From a virus, in the IMG/VR virus record IMGVR_UViG_3300037424_000665, positions 41-64,040 of that record: DNA of 64,000 nucleotides; one strand, 5' to 3'. Below, piece by piece: positions 17,267-27,045 of this stretch. Both the position numbers and the translations under genes were made by a program. The notes under the pieces were generated by a model, which saw only the letters and a list, made by a program, of their open reading frames with translations, ran no database searches and was not told the origin of the DNA. Within the stretch, counting starts at the first letter, position 1. The number at the start of each line of letters is the position of its first letter.

Positions 17267-20082
17267 AGTATGCTTTCTATATTCTGTTGATGGTGTTGGC
17301 GGTTGCCGGCGGGGTGGCAATGGGAAGCTACGCTCCGCGCACGCACGTTGACTACGCTCCCTTTGACCAACGCCTCCCGCGTCAATTAGTGATGGTGGGA
17401 GATGAGGGCAAGATCGTACTCTACAACCAGGCCGGGGACGGCAACTGGTACTGGTGGTCGGTTCGCGCCTCGAACGACATGGTGACGGACGTCAATTACA
17501 TTTGGCCAAGCGTCGTCGGCGATGTCAATTCGGCCTTGTCGATTTACTCTATCGCTGGGAATGAGGTAACGCTTCGCTGGGGTGGATTCAGTGACGCCAA
17601 CGGATTGTTGCCCAGTAAGACGCCGTGGAACGTGATGTTCGTCGGCGCCGACGGCTATCCTTTGACCGAAGACCCAAACAACTTCACGTACTATCAGCCC
17701 GAGACGGCCTTTGGCTTGGGACTCGACAATATCGCCGAAAGCACATACGCCAACAACTACATCCAGGTCTATTCCCTTCTGGACTTCGAGCCGAACCTGT
17801 TCAACGTCACGATAGGCCGGGGCAGCGACGATACGGCCACCGGGCCGAACAACGTCACGATAGGGCATGGCGCTGGCGACGCCCTTGATGAGGGCTACGA
17901 GAATACCCTGGGGGGCAACTACGCGGGCCGCTATCTGATAGACTCGAACGACAACACCGGTTGGGGCTATGCGGTCTTGGGTGGGGAATCCAGCACGCCG
18001 GGCACGGCCTACACGCAGTACGTCGTTGGGATATATCCGAATCCAGCCAGCAACAAAATCGCGGCAATGGTTACGACGAACAACACCATCGTGACAAGCT
18101 GGGGAACGAACGGCTATTTCACTTACTATAGCGCCGAAGGAAGCGACGGACCCGAATACACCAGAGTGATACACCAACTCTCAGATGGGAGGATTTTGCT
18201 TGGTACGGATGGATTTAGGATTGACGCTCCAAACGGCGACCCCAATTGCTATATAGCAACATTGATAATGATAAATGCCGATGGGACTCTTGACACGACT
18301 TGGGGGCACAATGGCTTTTTTGGGCAACTCCAAGGCGTGGCATGGTACAGCAATCCGAATGCGATTCTTGAAGATAATGATGGGAATTTTCATATCTTCG
18401 GTCAAGTCGCAGCATTCGGCGGCGGTTATTACAAACTCTCGTCCGCAGGTGTATTCATATCGGGCTTGAAAGATACAAATTACTCAGTTCTTTATGCCTT
18501 CAATGGTGCCTGCTGGGCCGATGATGCAAAAACAAGGATCATCGCAGTTGGCACGCCAAACCAGATTTTCAACGGTGTGGGTTATACGTCCTGTAATGTT
18601 TCAGCTATCGATCCGGCTACAGGAACAAGAGACGACACCTGGACGGGCAATGTCAGTATCACTGGTACGGCGAAATACGGGGCGGAGGCTCCGACCTTAC
18701 TGTCTTTGTACTCGATAAACCGGATGAGCGATGACGGATTTGTGACCTATGAAAACGCTGGAAGCCCATCGTATCTGCACAAATTCATTGCCGATGGCAG
18801 TGCTTATGACACAGACTGGGGTACTGCTGGTAAGCTCCAGATGGGCATCTATAACATAAACATGCGCAGCAATTGTGTCATTCAGGATAGCGACACGATT
18901 TACATGTACACGCTCAACGATGCAAGCAAGGTCAGAATCAACAATGTCAATGGTGCTACAGGCGTTGTCACATCCTATTTCGATACGACGGTAAGTGCGG
19001 GCAGTTATGTGAGCATGGCCAAGATCAACGATTCTCTGTTTTTGGGACGCACGAACACACCGGCGCTGCAAGTTGAGGAATGGACGACCGCTCCGGCATA
19101 CGTCACCGGCATAGACGTTGGAGCATCTTCTGTCTGGTGGATTATGCCGGATTCAAGCACTCAGCTTCCCGGCGACGACTTCCACAACGCCGCCGCGTTC
19201 GGGGCCTATGCTTTGGGCAATCTCAAGACGGGCGGGGATAGTTCGCTGGGCCTGGGAACTTACGCGGGGCGGCACAACGAGACCGACCCCAACCGTTTCT
19301 TTTTGGACAATCTCGACCGCACGGACCTCAGTGGCGAGCAGACCAAAGGCATGATGTACGGCTACTTCGCCGACGATCCAAACGACCAGTGGCTCACGCT
19401 GAACGTCGGGGAGCTGAACCTGCCGATAGGCCGGTTCGACGTGAACGATGTCAACGTGGCGGGGACGCTGACCTTGCAGGGGCAGACGGCTTCGCGGCTC
19501 TTAGCAACGGACGGCTCGAAGAACGTCGTCTCGACGGACCTGGTGAGCTGGGTAGCGGCCACGGCGGATGAGACGACGGTAGCCGACGATGGGGACGGCA
19601 CGATAACGATAGGGATTGCCGACCCTTTGATTGTGGGCAAGGGCGGAACGGGCGCAGCAACATTGACGGATCACAGCCTCTTAGTGGGCTCAGGGACGGA
19701 TGCCATCACGCCTTTGGGCGCAGCGACGAACGGGCAGATACCCATAGGCTCGACGGGGGCCGACCCGGTTCTGGCGACTCTGACGGGCACGGCGAATCAG
19801 GTCAACGTGACAAACGAGGCGGGAACGGTAACGCTTTCGGCGCCGCAGGATATCGACCCCAATTCTTCGCCGAGTTTCGTGAATCTCCTATTGACCGGCT
19901 ATGTCGAGTTGACGGAACTTTCGGCGGACCCTACCAAGCCGTCCGAAGGCCAAATGATTATCTGGCTTTCGGATGGCACAGGATTCGGGGACGATGGCGA
20001 TGTTTGCATAGCAACTACGGCCTTCGGTGTGACAAGAAGAGCGATTTTATTTGATGCGAGCATGGGAGATGTATGGCCCTGA
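17263..20082 (+). CDS. Large tail-fibre/adhesin-like protein with N-terminal signal peptide, YadA-like repeats and inserted delta-60-like beta-propeller
   Basis: MKYAFYILLMVLAVAGGVAMG; NVTIG..AG/NT..G..A repeats; DG.LD.TWG repeats; fibre-like C-terminus. Confidence 0.6.
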   Translation: MKYAFYILLMVLAVAGGVAMGSYAPRTHVDYAPFDQRLPRQLVMVGDEGKIVLYNQAGDGNWYWWSVRASNDMVTDVNYIWPSVVGDVNSALSIYSIAGNEVTLRWGGFSDANGLLPSKTPWNVMFVGADGYPLTEDPNNFTYYQPETAFGLGLDNIAESTYANNYIQVYSLLDFEPNLFNVTIGRGSDDTATGPNNVTIGHGAGDALDEGYENTLGGNYAGRYLIDSNDNTGWGYAVLGGESSTPGTAYTQYVVGIYPNPASNKIAAMVTTNNTIVTSWGTNGYFTYYSAEGSDGPEYTRVIHQLSDGRILLGTDGFRIDAPNGDPNCYIATLIMINADGTLDTTWGHNGFFGQLQGVAWYSNPNAILEDNDGNFHIFGQVAAFGGGYYKLSSAGVFISGLKDTNYSVLYAFNGACWADDAKTRIIAVGTPNQIFNGVGYTSCNVSAIDPATGTRDDTWTGNVSITGTAKYGAEAPTLLSLYSINRMSDDGFVTYENAGSPSYLHKFIADGSAYDTDWGTAGKLQMGIYNINMRSNCVIQDSDTIYMYTLNDASKVRINNVNGATGVVTSYFDTTVSAGSYVSMAKINDSLFLGRTNTPALQVEEWTTAPAYVTGIDVGASSVWWIMPDSSTQLPGDDFHNAAAFGAYALGNLKTGGDSSLGLGTYAGRHNETDPNRFFLDNLDRTDLSGEQTKGMMYGYFADDPNDQWLTLNVGELNLPIGRFDVNDVNVAGTLTLQGQTASRLLATDGSKNVVSTDLVSWVAATADETTVADDGDGTITIGIADPLIVGKGGTGAATLTDHSLLVGSGTDAITPLGAATNGQIPIGSTGADPVLATLTGTANQVNVTNEAGTVTLSAPQDIDPNSSPSFVNLLLTGYVELTELSADPTKPSEGQMIIWLSDGTGFGDDGDVCIATTAFGVTRRAILFDASMGDVWP

Positions 20083-22901
20083 ATAGCAATAATAGTGTGA
20101 GTGTTTTAATTGCGGCGCGCAACGAACCCTATCTCGGCCAGACCATTGCCGACGTGCTGGCCAAGGCGCGTGGGGATATTGAAGTCATCGTCGTGCTGGA
20201 CGCCTACTGGCCGGAGCATCTTCCTCCTGAATACAGCGACCATGAGCGGGTCACGATCATCCATCCCGGCCGCAACATCGGCCAGCGGCCCGCCGTCAAC
20301 GAGGCCGCCCGCATCGCCAAGGGCAAGTATATCTTCAAGCTCGATGCGCACTGCATGGTCGATGAAGGCTTCGACGTGAAGCTGGCCGCCGACTGCGAGT
20401 ACGACTGGACGGTGATTCCCCGAATGTACCAGTTGGATGCCGAGCACTGGAAGCCGAAGCTGGGCAAGAAAACGGACTTCATGTTCTTCCGTGCGCCGGA
20501 CGCCGACGAGCATCCCTTTCGCATCGACTACTACGATGGACGGATTGCACACAAGTTCTGCGAAGAGTACCGGGCCTACAAGAACGCCACATGGCGGCAG
20601 GGGGATATTTGCGACACCATGACCTGCATCGGGGCGGGATGGTTCATGCACCGGGACCGCTTCTGGGAGCTGGGCGGCATGGACGAAGAGCACGGCCATT
20701 GGGGACAGATGGGCGTGGAGCTCTCCTGTAAGACGTGGCTATCCGGGGGGCGAATGGTCGTCAACAAAAAGACGTGGTTCGCGCACCTGTGGAGGGGGCA
20801 CGCGCCGTGGAAACTGACGCAGAAGCAGGTGGATAAGGCCAGGGAATACTCGAAAGACCTCTGGCTCAGCGGCAAGTGGCCGTTGCAGAAGAGGCCGCTG
20901 TCATGGCTCATCGAGAAATTTGCACCCGTCCCGACGTGGGCAGACTATCAGTTCAATGAACCCAAAACGAAAGGAGAACCCATTAACCCTCAAAACACAG
21001 GTGATTTGACCCTGCTCTACTACACAGCGAACCGGATTGATGAAACATTCAGAGATAAGGTGATTGCGCAGTTGCAGTATGCCTCTCCGAATACACTAGT
21101 CATCACTGTCTCACAGAAACCGATGGGCAGTGATGACGATATAGGTTACAACATCTGCGTCGGTGAAATAGGGGCATCCCTCCAGAACATCTACAAGCAG
21201 GTTCTTGCAGGACTGCGGGAAGTCAAGACCGAGTATGTCGCCCTGGTCGAGGATGATTGCCTCTATGTGCCGGAGCACTTCACATTCCGGCCTACGCATA
21301 TCGCCTACAATCTCAATCGCTGGCTGCTGCACGCTGATAGCGAGCACGTCTTTTCCTACCGAAGGCGTCCGATTCTCTCGCAGTGCATCGCTCCGACGAA
21401 ACTCTTGTTGGAATGTCTGCAACAGCGCGAGGGCAAGGATATCCCCAAGAAGTATTCCGGCGAGCCGGGCCTGTTCGAGGGCAAGCTGGGATTGAAGGAA
21501 TATCCCTATGAGACGTTCGAGACCAAAGAGCCGAACGTCGTTGTCTGCCATAACAAGAACACGTCGGGCCGCAAGTATCTGGGCAAGGACGCCGAGCCGC
21601 GAAGCGAGTTGCCGCCCTGGGGACGCGCTTGGGATTTGCTTATGGCGCTCGGACTTATTGAAGGGCGGGATAATTCTTCAACACCAAGCATTTCGTCGGG
21701 AACTATGGAAGACGAAACGAATGAGGAATCACACGACAAAGAAGATGAGGAGCAAAACATGGCCAAGTTCGGCAGGGGCTCGTGGAAGCGCTGGCAGCAC
21801 TCGTATATCGGCAGCATCATCTTCGGTATGGACGAGATCATGGGACAGCTCATGAACTTCGCCGACCGCAGACGACCGGGCAGGGCGGAGCGAAGGATGA
21901 AAACGCTGCCGCCGTTCGTAGAAAGAATCGCCAACCAAGAACTGAGTTCTCCCTTTGAAGAACAGCAACTCCGTGATGATCCGTGGTTCGCTTACCTGTG
22001 TGAGCTCTACCCAACGTGGCGGAAATCCAAACGAGAGGCCAGAGTGCTTCAAATCATGCGGGAAACTGTCAAACTCTTTCACGACATCAAGGAAAATGGC
22101 CTCAAGTCGCCCCTCGATATGTGGCGTGAGGGTAAGGACAGGCTCATTCTGCATCGCGGCTGGCGCAGACTTATCATCATGCACGAACTTCACAAGCGGG
22201 GTCTTCGGGACTTCTCCCGCGTGCCTGTGCGGGTGTTCAAGAGCAAAGCAATCTTCCAGAAGTACGCACCATCGCCGAAGTGGGCCGAGGGGCCTGTCGA
22301 TGACAATTCCATTCACGGCCTCGCTATGAAGCAGTTCTGCGAGAGGGGCATCTATGCCACGGATAAATACTGGGTACACGGTTATATTCGGCAGTACGAC
22401 CGGCACTTTGCGCACCTGCGAGACAAGCCGGTGAAGCTTCTGGAGATCGGCGTCTTTCGCGGGGCGTCGCTGCTTCTGTGGAAAGAGGCATTTCCAAAAG
22501 GTCAGATTTTCGGCCTCGATAAGAATACGGCGATCTGGCAGAAGTTCCTCAAGGGCCAGCAGCGAATTCACGTCTTTGTCGGCAAGCAGGAAGATGAGTC
22601 ATTCCTGAAGGCTCAAGTCATTCCCGCTGGGCCTTACGACATTATCGTGGATGATGGAGGGCACACGCCGGAAGAGCAGTTGGCGAGCTTCAATCAGTTG
22701 TGGCCTCATCTTGCGCCGGGTGGTATTTACGTCATCGAGGACATGCACGGCAACTACTGGGAGAAGCGAGCCAAAAACGGCCCGCTGATGGCGGAGCGTA
22801 TCAAGGCCATGATTGACGAAACTGTGGGGACAAATGACTGCCTCGATTATCAGTCTTTGGCAGTCTATTACAACATCGCGTTCATCGAGAAGAACCGCTA
22901 A
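20073..22901 (+). CDS. Multidomain enzyme: ppGalNAc-T (GT27)-like GT-A, second GT-A, ParB-like segment, sugar O-methyltransferase
   Basis: LDAHC, GGMDEEHGHWGQMGVELSCKTWLSGG, AHLWR; VEDDCLY; IKENGLKSPL...HRGWRRL; TDK..HGY...YDRHF...LLEIGV.RGASL..WK..FP. Confidence 0.8.
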   Translation: MALNSNNSVSVLIAARNEPYLGQTIADVLAKARGDIEVIVVLDAYWPEHLPPEYSDHERVTIIHPGRNIGQRPAVNEAARIAKGKYIFKLDAHCMVDEGFDVKLAADCEYDWTVIPRMYQLDAEHWKPKLGKKTDFMFFRAPDADEHPFRIDYYDGRIAHKFCEEYRAYKNATWRQGDICDTMTCIGAGWFMHRDRFWELGGMDEEHGHWGQMGVELSCKTWLSGGRMVVNKKTWFAHLWRGHAPWKLTQKQVDKAREYSKDLWLSGKWPLQKRPLSWLIEKFAPVPTWADYQFNEPKTKGEPINPQNTGDLTLLYYTANRIDETFRDKVIAQLQYASPNTLVITVSQKPMGSDDDIGYNICVGEIGASLQNIYKQVLAGLREVKTEYVALVEDDCLYVPEHFTFRPTHIAYNLNRWLLHADSEHVFSYRRRPILSQCIAPTKLLLECLQQREGKDIPKKYSGEPGLFEGKLGLKEYPYETFETKEPNVVVCHNKNTSGRKYLGKDAEPRSELPPWGRAWDLLMALGLIEGRDNSSTPSISSGTMEDETNEESHDKEDEEQNMAKFGRGSWKRWQHSYIGSIIFGMDEIMGQLMNFADRRRPGRAERRMKTLPPFVERIANQELSSPFEEQQLRDDPWFAYLCELYPTWRKSKREARVLQIMRETVKLFHDIKENGLKSPLDMWREGKDRLILHRGWRRLIIMHELHKRGLRDFSRVPVRVFKSKAIFQKYAPSPKWAEGPVDDNSIHGLAMKQFCERGIYATDKYWVHGYIRQYDRHFAHLRDKPVKLLEIGVFRGASLLLWKEAFPKGQIFGLDKNTAIWQKFLKGQQRIHVFVGKQEDESFLKAQVIPAGPYDIIVDDGGHTPEEQLASFNQLWPHLAPGGIYVIEDMHGNYWEKRAKNGPLMAERIKAMIDETVGTNDCLDYQSLAVYYNIAFIEKNR

Positions 22902-25430
22902 ATGGCGACGACAGGGGCAAAATATCCGACTTTAGGCACGACGACGGCAGAGTTGCCCTACGATGATTTCGCCTGGCAGACGCCGACGAATATCTACGGG
23001 GATGAGGGCAACAACGCCTACGTCGATGATAATGCCTTCGATAGCGGAAGCTACACCCAAGTCCTCAAGGCATCCGGTTTCGATTTCTCGGCCATTCCCG
23101 ATGGGGCGGAGATTCTCGGCGTTACCGTCAAGATCGAGGCGCACTATACCGTGGGCGCTGCGAAGCTTTCACTGGCCCAGCTTCTCGACGTGAACGGCGC
23201 GAAGGTCGGCACGAATCTCTGCGCAACGCCGGTGGCCCTGACGGTGACAACCCCGACCGTCATCACCAGAGGAGCGGCGGATTCGCTCTGGGGCAACTCT
23301 CTGACGGCGGCCTGGGTCAAAGACCCCGACTTCGGCGTGGCCCTGGGCATCGACGCGACCGGCAACAACTCCAACGTCTATATCGACTACGTGACGATGG
23401 AAGTGACTTACGTGGGAGTTTCGCCTTCGGTTAGCCCGTCTATCAGTCCTTCTGGTTCGCCGTCCGTAAGTCCTTCTGGCAGCCCTTCGGTCTCGCCGTC
23501 TGTCAGCCCGTCAATATCTCCGTCAGTTAGTCCGTCCGCGTCGCCATCCATGAGCGCGACACCTTCGGTCTCACCATCCATAAGTCCTTCGGCCTCGCCC
23601 TCACCGTCGGTCAGCCCGGCTCCCGGCCAGAACTGGTTCATGGATGACTCAAGTTGTATAGCCGTTTGGAACCTCGAATCCGGGGCATTGACCGTCGATT
23701 CCAAAGGCACGAACACGCTGACAAATTATGGTGTCACTTCTGATATTTCAGATTACAAGCAAGGTGCTGGAAGCGGTGTTTTTGAGGCAGTCAACGGCGA
23801 TCACTTTTATATTTCTGATACTGATTTGGATTCCGGATTTCCCGGCAAAGATGGTGAAACGAATCGAAATTTTACATTCTGTTTTTGGTTCAAGCCTGCA
23901 TCGGCTAATATTTCTCGGTATGTGTTTTTAAAGCAGGGTGCATTAGAGACAGACAAGTCGTATGGTTTGTATTATTCGACCTTTAAGCAACTGTCTCTCA
24001 TGTCCTCTATGGATGGAGATGCTTGGCAATTTTTAAGCGCCTCATCCACGTACACAATAGAGCCTGGCACTTGGTATCATTGTGCATTGTGGGCAAATGT
24101 TGCGACAGGTGCTTGGGGTATCCGAATACACAATAGTACAGAACTTGTCACGTCACAGGATAAAACGGGCGTTGGCTCATATTGGATTGGACCAAGTGAG
24201 TTTTATCTTGCGTGGGTAGCTTCACCAATAGGTATAGATGGCAAGCTCGATGAAGTCGTCGTTTTCAATCGCGTGCTGAGCATCGATGAGATTGACGATA
24301 TTTGGATGGGTGAATTCGGCAAGGTGACGCCCTCCATCAGCCCCTCCGTTACGCCCTCCGTCTCACCGAGTGTTACTCCGTCTGTGTCTCCGAGCCTGAG
24401 TCCCTCGGCCAGCCCCAGCGCATCAGCAACGCCCTCGGTCAGCCCAAGCATTTCTCCGTCGGCGTCCCCGTCCGTGAGTCCGTCCGTCAGTCCATCGGCG
24501 TCGCCAAGTGCCAGCGCAACACCATCGGTCAGTCCTTCTATAAGTCCGAGCGCCTCGCCATCCGCATCGGTATCGCCCAGCGCTTCGCCGTCGATTAGCC
24601 CGTCGGCGTCCCCATCCATTTCCGCGACGCCTTCGATCAGCCCGAGTGCCAGCCCGAGTATTTCGCCTTCGGCCTCCCCCAGTCTTTCGCCTTCTATAAG
24701 CCCTTCGCTGTCGCCCAGCATCAGCCCAAGCGCTTCGCCCTCAATTTCCCCAAGCGCAAGCCCTTCGGCCAGTGCTACGCCGAGCGTCTCACCTTCGGTA
24801 AGCCCGTCGGCGTCACCCAGCGCCAGTGCTACACCGTCTGTATCTCCGAGTGTAAGTCCCTCGCTCAGTCCCAGTGCGAGTCCGAGCATTTCACCGAGTA
24901 TCAGTCCTTCAGTGAGTCCTTCGGCGTCGCCTTCAATCTCAGTCAGTCCAAGCGTTTCACCATCGGGAAGTCCTTCGGCAACACCGAGTACATCCCCGTC
25001 GGCGAGTCCCAGCGCGAGCGCAACTCCGTCTGTTTCACCCAGTTTATCTCCCAGTGCATCGCCGTCTGCGTCCGCTACGCCTTCGGTATCACCATCCGGC
25101 AGTCCCAGTGTTAGCCCTTCGATTTCTCCGAGTGTCTCGCCCTCTGGAAGTCCAAGCATAAGCCCATCGGTTTCACCATCCGCGTCACCCAGTGTTTCTC
25201 CGTCTATCTCGCCGAGCGCTTCGCCGTCATTTTCCGTCAGTCCTTCCATGAGTCCCAGCGGTTCGGCCAGCGTATCTCCATCTGGAACGCCGAGTGCATC
25301 ACCCTCGGCTTCCGCAAGTCCGAGTCCGGGACCGGCAACGATGTTGATTGTTCATTTTATAGAACCCGTAACAACAGGTCAAGTTATTATGTTTGATGGT
25401 CAATATTGGACCAATGAAGATATTCCATAA
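22902..25430 (+). CDS. Mucin-like Ser/Pro-repeat virion protein with LamG/ConA-like domain
   Basis: Two (S/T)PS(V/I/A/L) tracts flanking a LamG-like block (FTFCFWFKP, WYHCAL, GKLDEVVVFNRVLS..EI). Confidence 0.8.
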   Translation: MATTGAKYPTLGTTTAELPYDDFAWQTPTNIYGDEGNNAYVDDNAFDSGSYTQVLKASGFDFSAIPDGAEILGVTVKIEAHYTVGAAKLSLAQLLDVNGAKVGTNLCATPVALTVTTPTVITRGAADSLWGNSLTAAWVKDPDFGVALGIDATGNNSNVYIDYVTMEVTYVGVSPSVSPSISPSGSPSVSPSGSPSVSPSVSPSISPSVSPSASPSMSATPSVSPSISPSASPSPSVSPAPGQNWFMDDSSCIAVWNLESGALTVDSKGTNTLTNYGVTSDISDYKQGAGSGVFEAVNGDHFYISDTDLDSGFPGKDGETNRNFTFCFWFKPASANISRYVFLKQGALETDKSYGLYYSTFKQLSLMSSMDGDAWQFLSASSTYTIEPGTWYHCALWANVATGAWGIRIHNSTELVTSQDKTGVGSYWIGPSEFYLAWVASPIGIDGKLDEVVVFNRVLSIDEIDDIWMGEFGKVTPSISPSVTPSVSPSVTPSVSPSLSPSASPSASATPSVSPSISPSASPSVSPSVSPSASPSASATPSVSPSISPSASPSASVSPSASPSISPSASPSISATPSISPSASPSISPSASPSLSPSISPSLSPSISPSASPSISPSASPSASATPSVSPSVSPSASPSASATPSVSPSVSPSLSPSASPSISPSISPSVSPSASPSISVSPSVSPSGSPSATPSTSPSASPSASATPSVSPSLSPSASPSASATPSVSPSGSPSVSPSISPSVSPSGSPSISPSVSPSASPSVSPSISPSASPSFSVSPSMSPSGSASVSPSGTPSASPSASASPSPGPATMLIVHFIEPVTTGQVIMFDGQYWTNEDIP
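23421..23622 (+). repeat. SPSx tetrapeptide tract 1
   Basis: About 16 units, synonymous codons scrambled. Confidence 0.9.
24327..25329 (+). repeat. SPSx tetrapeptide tract 2
   Basis: About 80 units with periodic SASAT variants. Confidence 0.9.
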
Positions 25431-25469
25431 AATTCGCAGCGAATTTTAGATAGAAAGTGAAGGTGACTT

Positions 25470-26321
25470 ACGGGACTGTTCACGGAAGATGTCAAAACGA
25501 AGATCAGGCCGGAAGTTTTGTACGGCGCTCAGACCCTGCAGAACCTTGCCGGACAGACGCCAACGATCCCTCAGCAGGGCGTCGCCGAACTGACGCCGAT
25601 GCAGCAGTTGATCCAGAGCCAGTTGCCGGCCTTACTCGGCAATATCAATCAGACGGGCCAGCAGGCGACGGACTACTACAGTGACGTGCTCGGCGGCGAT
25701 TACGACCCCCGCACGAGCCCCTACTACGAAGGTCTGCGCCAGGAGTCCGAGCGTTTGAAGGGCCAGGGCGTAACAAGTCTTCGCCAGCGCGCGGAACTCG
25801 GCGGGATGCTCCAGAGCAGTAACGCCGCCGGGGTCGAAGGGCAATTCGTGAATCAGTCCAACGCGGCATTCCTGAAAGAACTCGGCGGACTCTATGAGAC
25901 CGAACGCAACCGGCAGGGCCAGGCGGCTCAGGGTATTCAGCAGGCAGGCACCCAGCAGGTCCAGAACGTCGCCGCGGTCGGGGGTATCGCCGACCAGCAA
26001 AGGGTCATCGAGCAGGCCCAGCAGGACGCCCTCTACCAGCAGCTCATCATGCAGATTTTGTTCCCGTACCAGTATCAGGCCCAGCTCGCGCAGGCGTTGA
26101 TGGGTATGCCGGGCGGCGTCCAAGTGACGGGCGGCGGAATGACGGACCTCTCGCAAGGCTTGATCTTGGGCGGCACAGTCGCCGGGGCCGTGCTGAATCC
26201 TTCCGGCGGGGCGGAGGCAATGACAGGCGGTGGCGGCACAGCATCGCAATTGAGCGGCTATCCGACGTGGACACCCGCTCAGGCCGATAGAACCGCTGCT
26301 GTATGGGGCGGACAAACTTAA
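25470..26321 (+). CDS. DNA ejection/pilot protein 1 (probable ACG start at 25470; ORF track starts at TTG 25518)
   Basis: Q/G/A-rich helical protein; AGGTGA-ctt-ACG GGA CTG TTC. Confidence 0.65.
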   Translation, partial: TGLFTEDVKTKIRPEVLYGAQTLQNLAGQTPTIPQQGVAELTPMQQLIQSQLPALLGNINQTGQQATDYYSDVLGGDYDPRTSPYYEGLRQESERLKGQGVTSLRQRAELGGMLQSSNAAGVEGQFVNQSNAAFLKELGGLYETERNRQGQAAQGIQQAGTQQVQNVAAVGGIADQQRVIEQAQQDALYQQLIMQILFPYQYQAQLAQALMGMPGGVQVTGGGMTDLSQGLILGGTVAGAVLNPSGGAEAMTGGGGTASQLSGYPTWTPAQADRTAAVWGGQT

Positions 26322-26331
26322 CAGGTGAATT

Positions 26332-27045
26332 ATGAGTGTACTTGACCTACGAGAAAATCCGGCACAGCAGATGCAGGTTGTACAGGGCGTCGGCGGCGGC
26401 ATCAGCGATATGCTCAACGCCTATCGCAACCGCAAAATGGAGCAGCGGGTCATCGGCGTCTTGAACGATCCCAATATGAACGCCGAGCAGAAGCGGCTGC
26501 AACTCCTGAAGGATGCGGATTTCCTGCGCTCGCCGACGGGCCAGAAGATGATGTCCGATGAACTGTCGGGTCAGGCGGCCATGCAGATGCAGGAACGGCA
26601 GGCGCGGCTGGCGAATCTCCAGGCGGGGACGCGAGCTACGCAGGCCAGGGCCAAATACTACGAACAGGGCGGGGCAAGAAAAACAGCCACCGATCCGACG
26701 ATTCGCATCAGACGTTTGCAGGAGATCAAGAATCAAGCCTCAATCGACGGAGATGCGGAAATGGAGGCGTGGGCGGACGGCGAACTCAAGAAATTACTGC
26801 CTACTCAAGCGCAAGGACCCCAAGGACCCGTCGATGCCGTCACGATGGCCTCACCGAGCATCCAACCGACCGATATTCAGCCGCCACAACCGTCGGGAGG
26901 GACACAGCGAGAGCTTGAACCCTTGACGGACGAGCAGGCCCGGCGCAACGCCAGACCCATAGCGAGCAAGGAAGAATACGACGCCCTGCCGCCGGGGTCG
27001 TATTTCATCGCCTCCAATGGAGAGCTGAGGCAGAAAAATGGCTAA
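26332..27045 (+). CDS. DNA ejection protein 2
   Basis: Q/A/G-rich; AGGTGA RBS; lies between pilot and large internal protein. Confidence 0.6.
   Translation: MSVLDLRENPAQQMQVVQGVGGGISDMLNAYRNRKMEQRVIGVLNDPNMNAEQKRLQLLKDADFLRSPTGQKMMSDELSGQAAMQMQERQARLANLQAGTRATQARAKYYEQGGARKTATDPTIRIRRLQEIKNQASIDGDAEMEAWADGELKKLLPTQAQGPQGPVDAVTMASPSIQPTDIQPPQPSGGTQRELEPLTDEQARRNARPIASKEEYDALPPGSYFIASNGELRQKNG

Noticed and set aside
24203-25249. 348-aa minus-strand Gly/Asp/Glu repeat ORF (also 23408-23716)
   Set aside because: Antisense shadow of the SPSx repeat.
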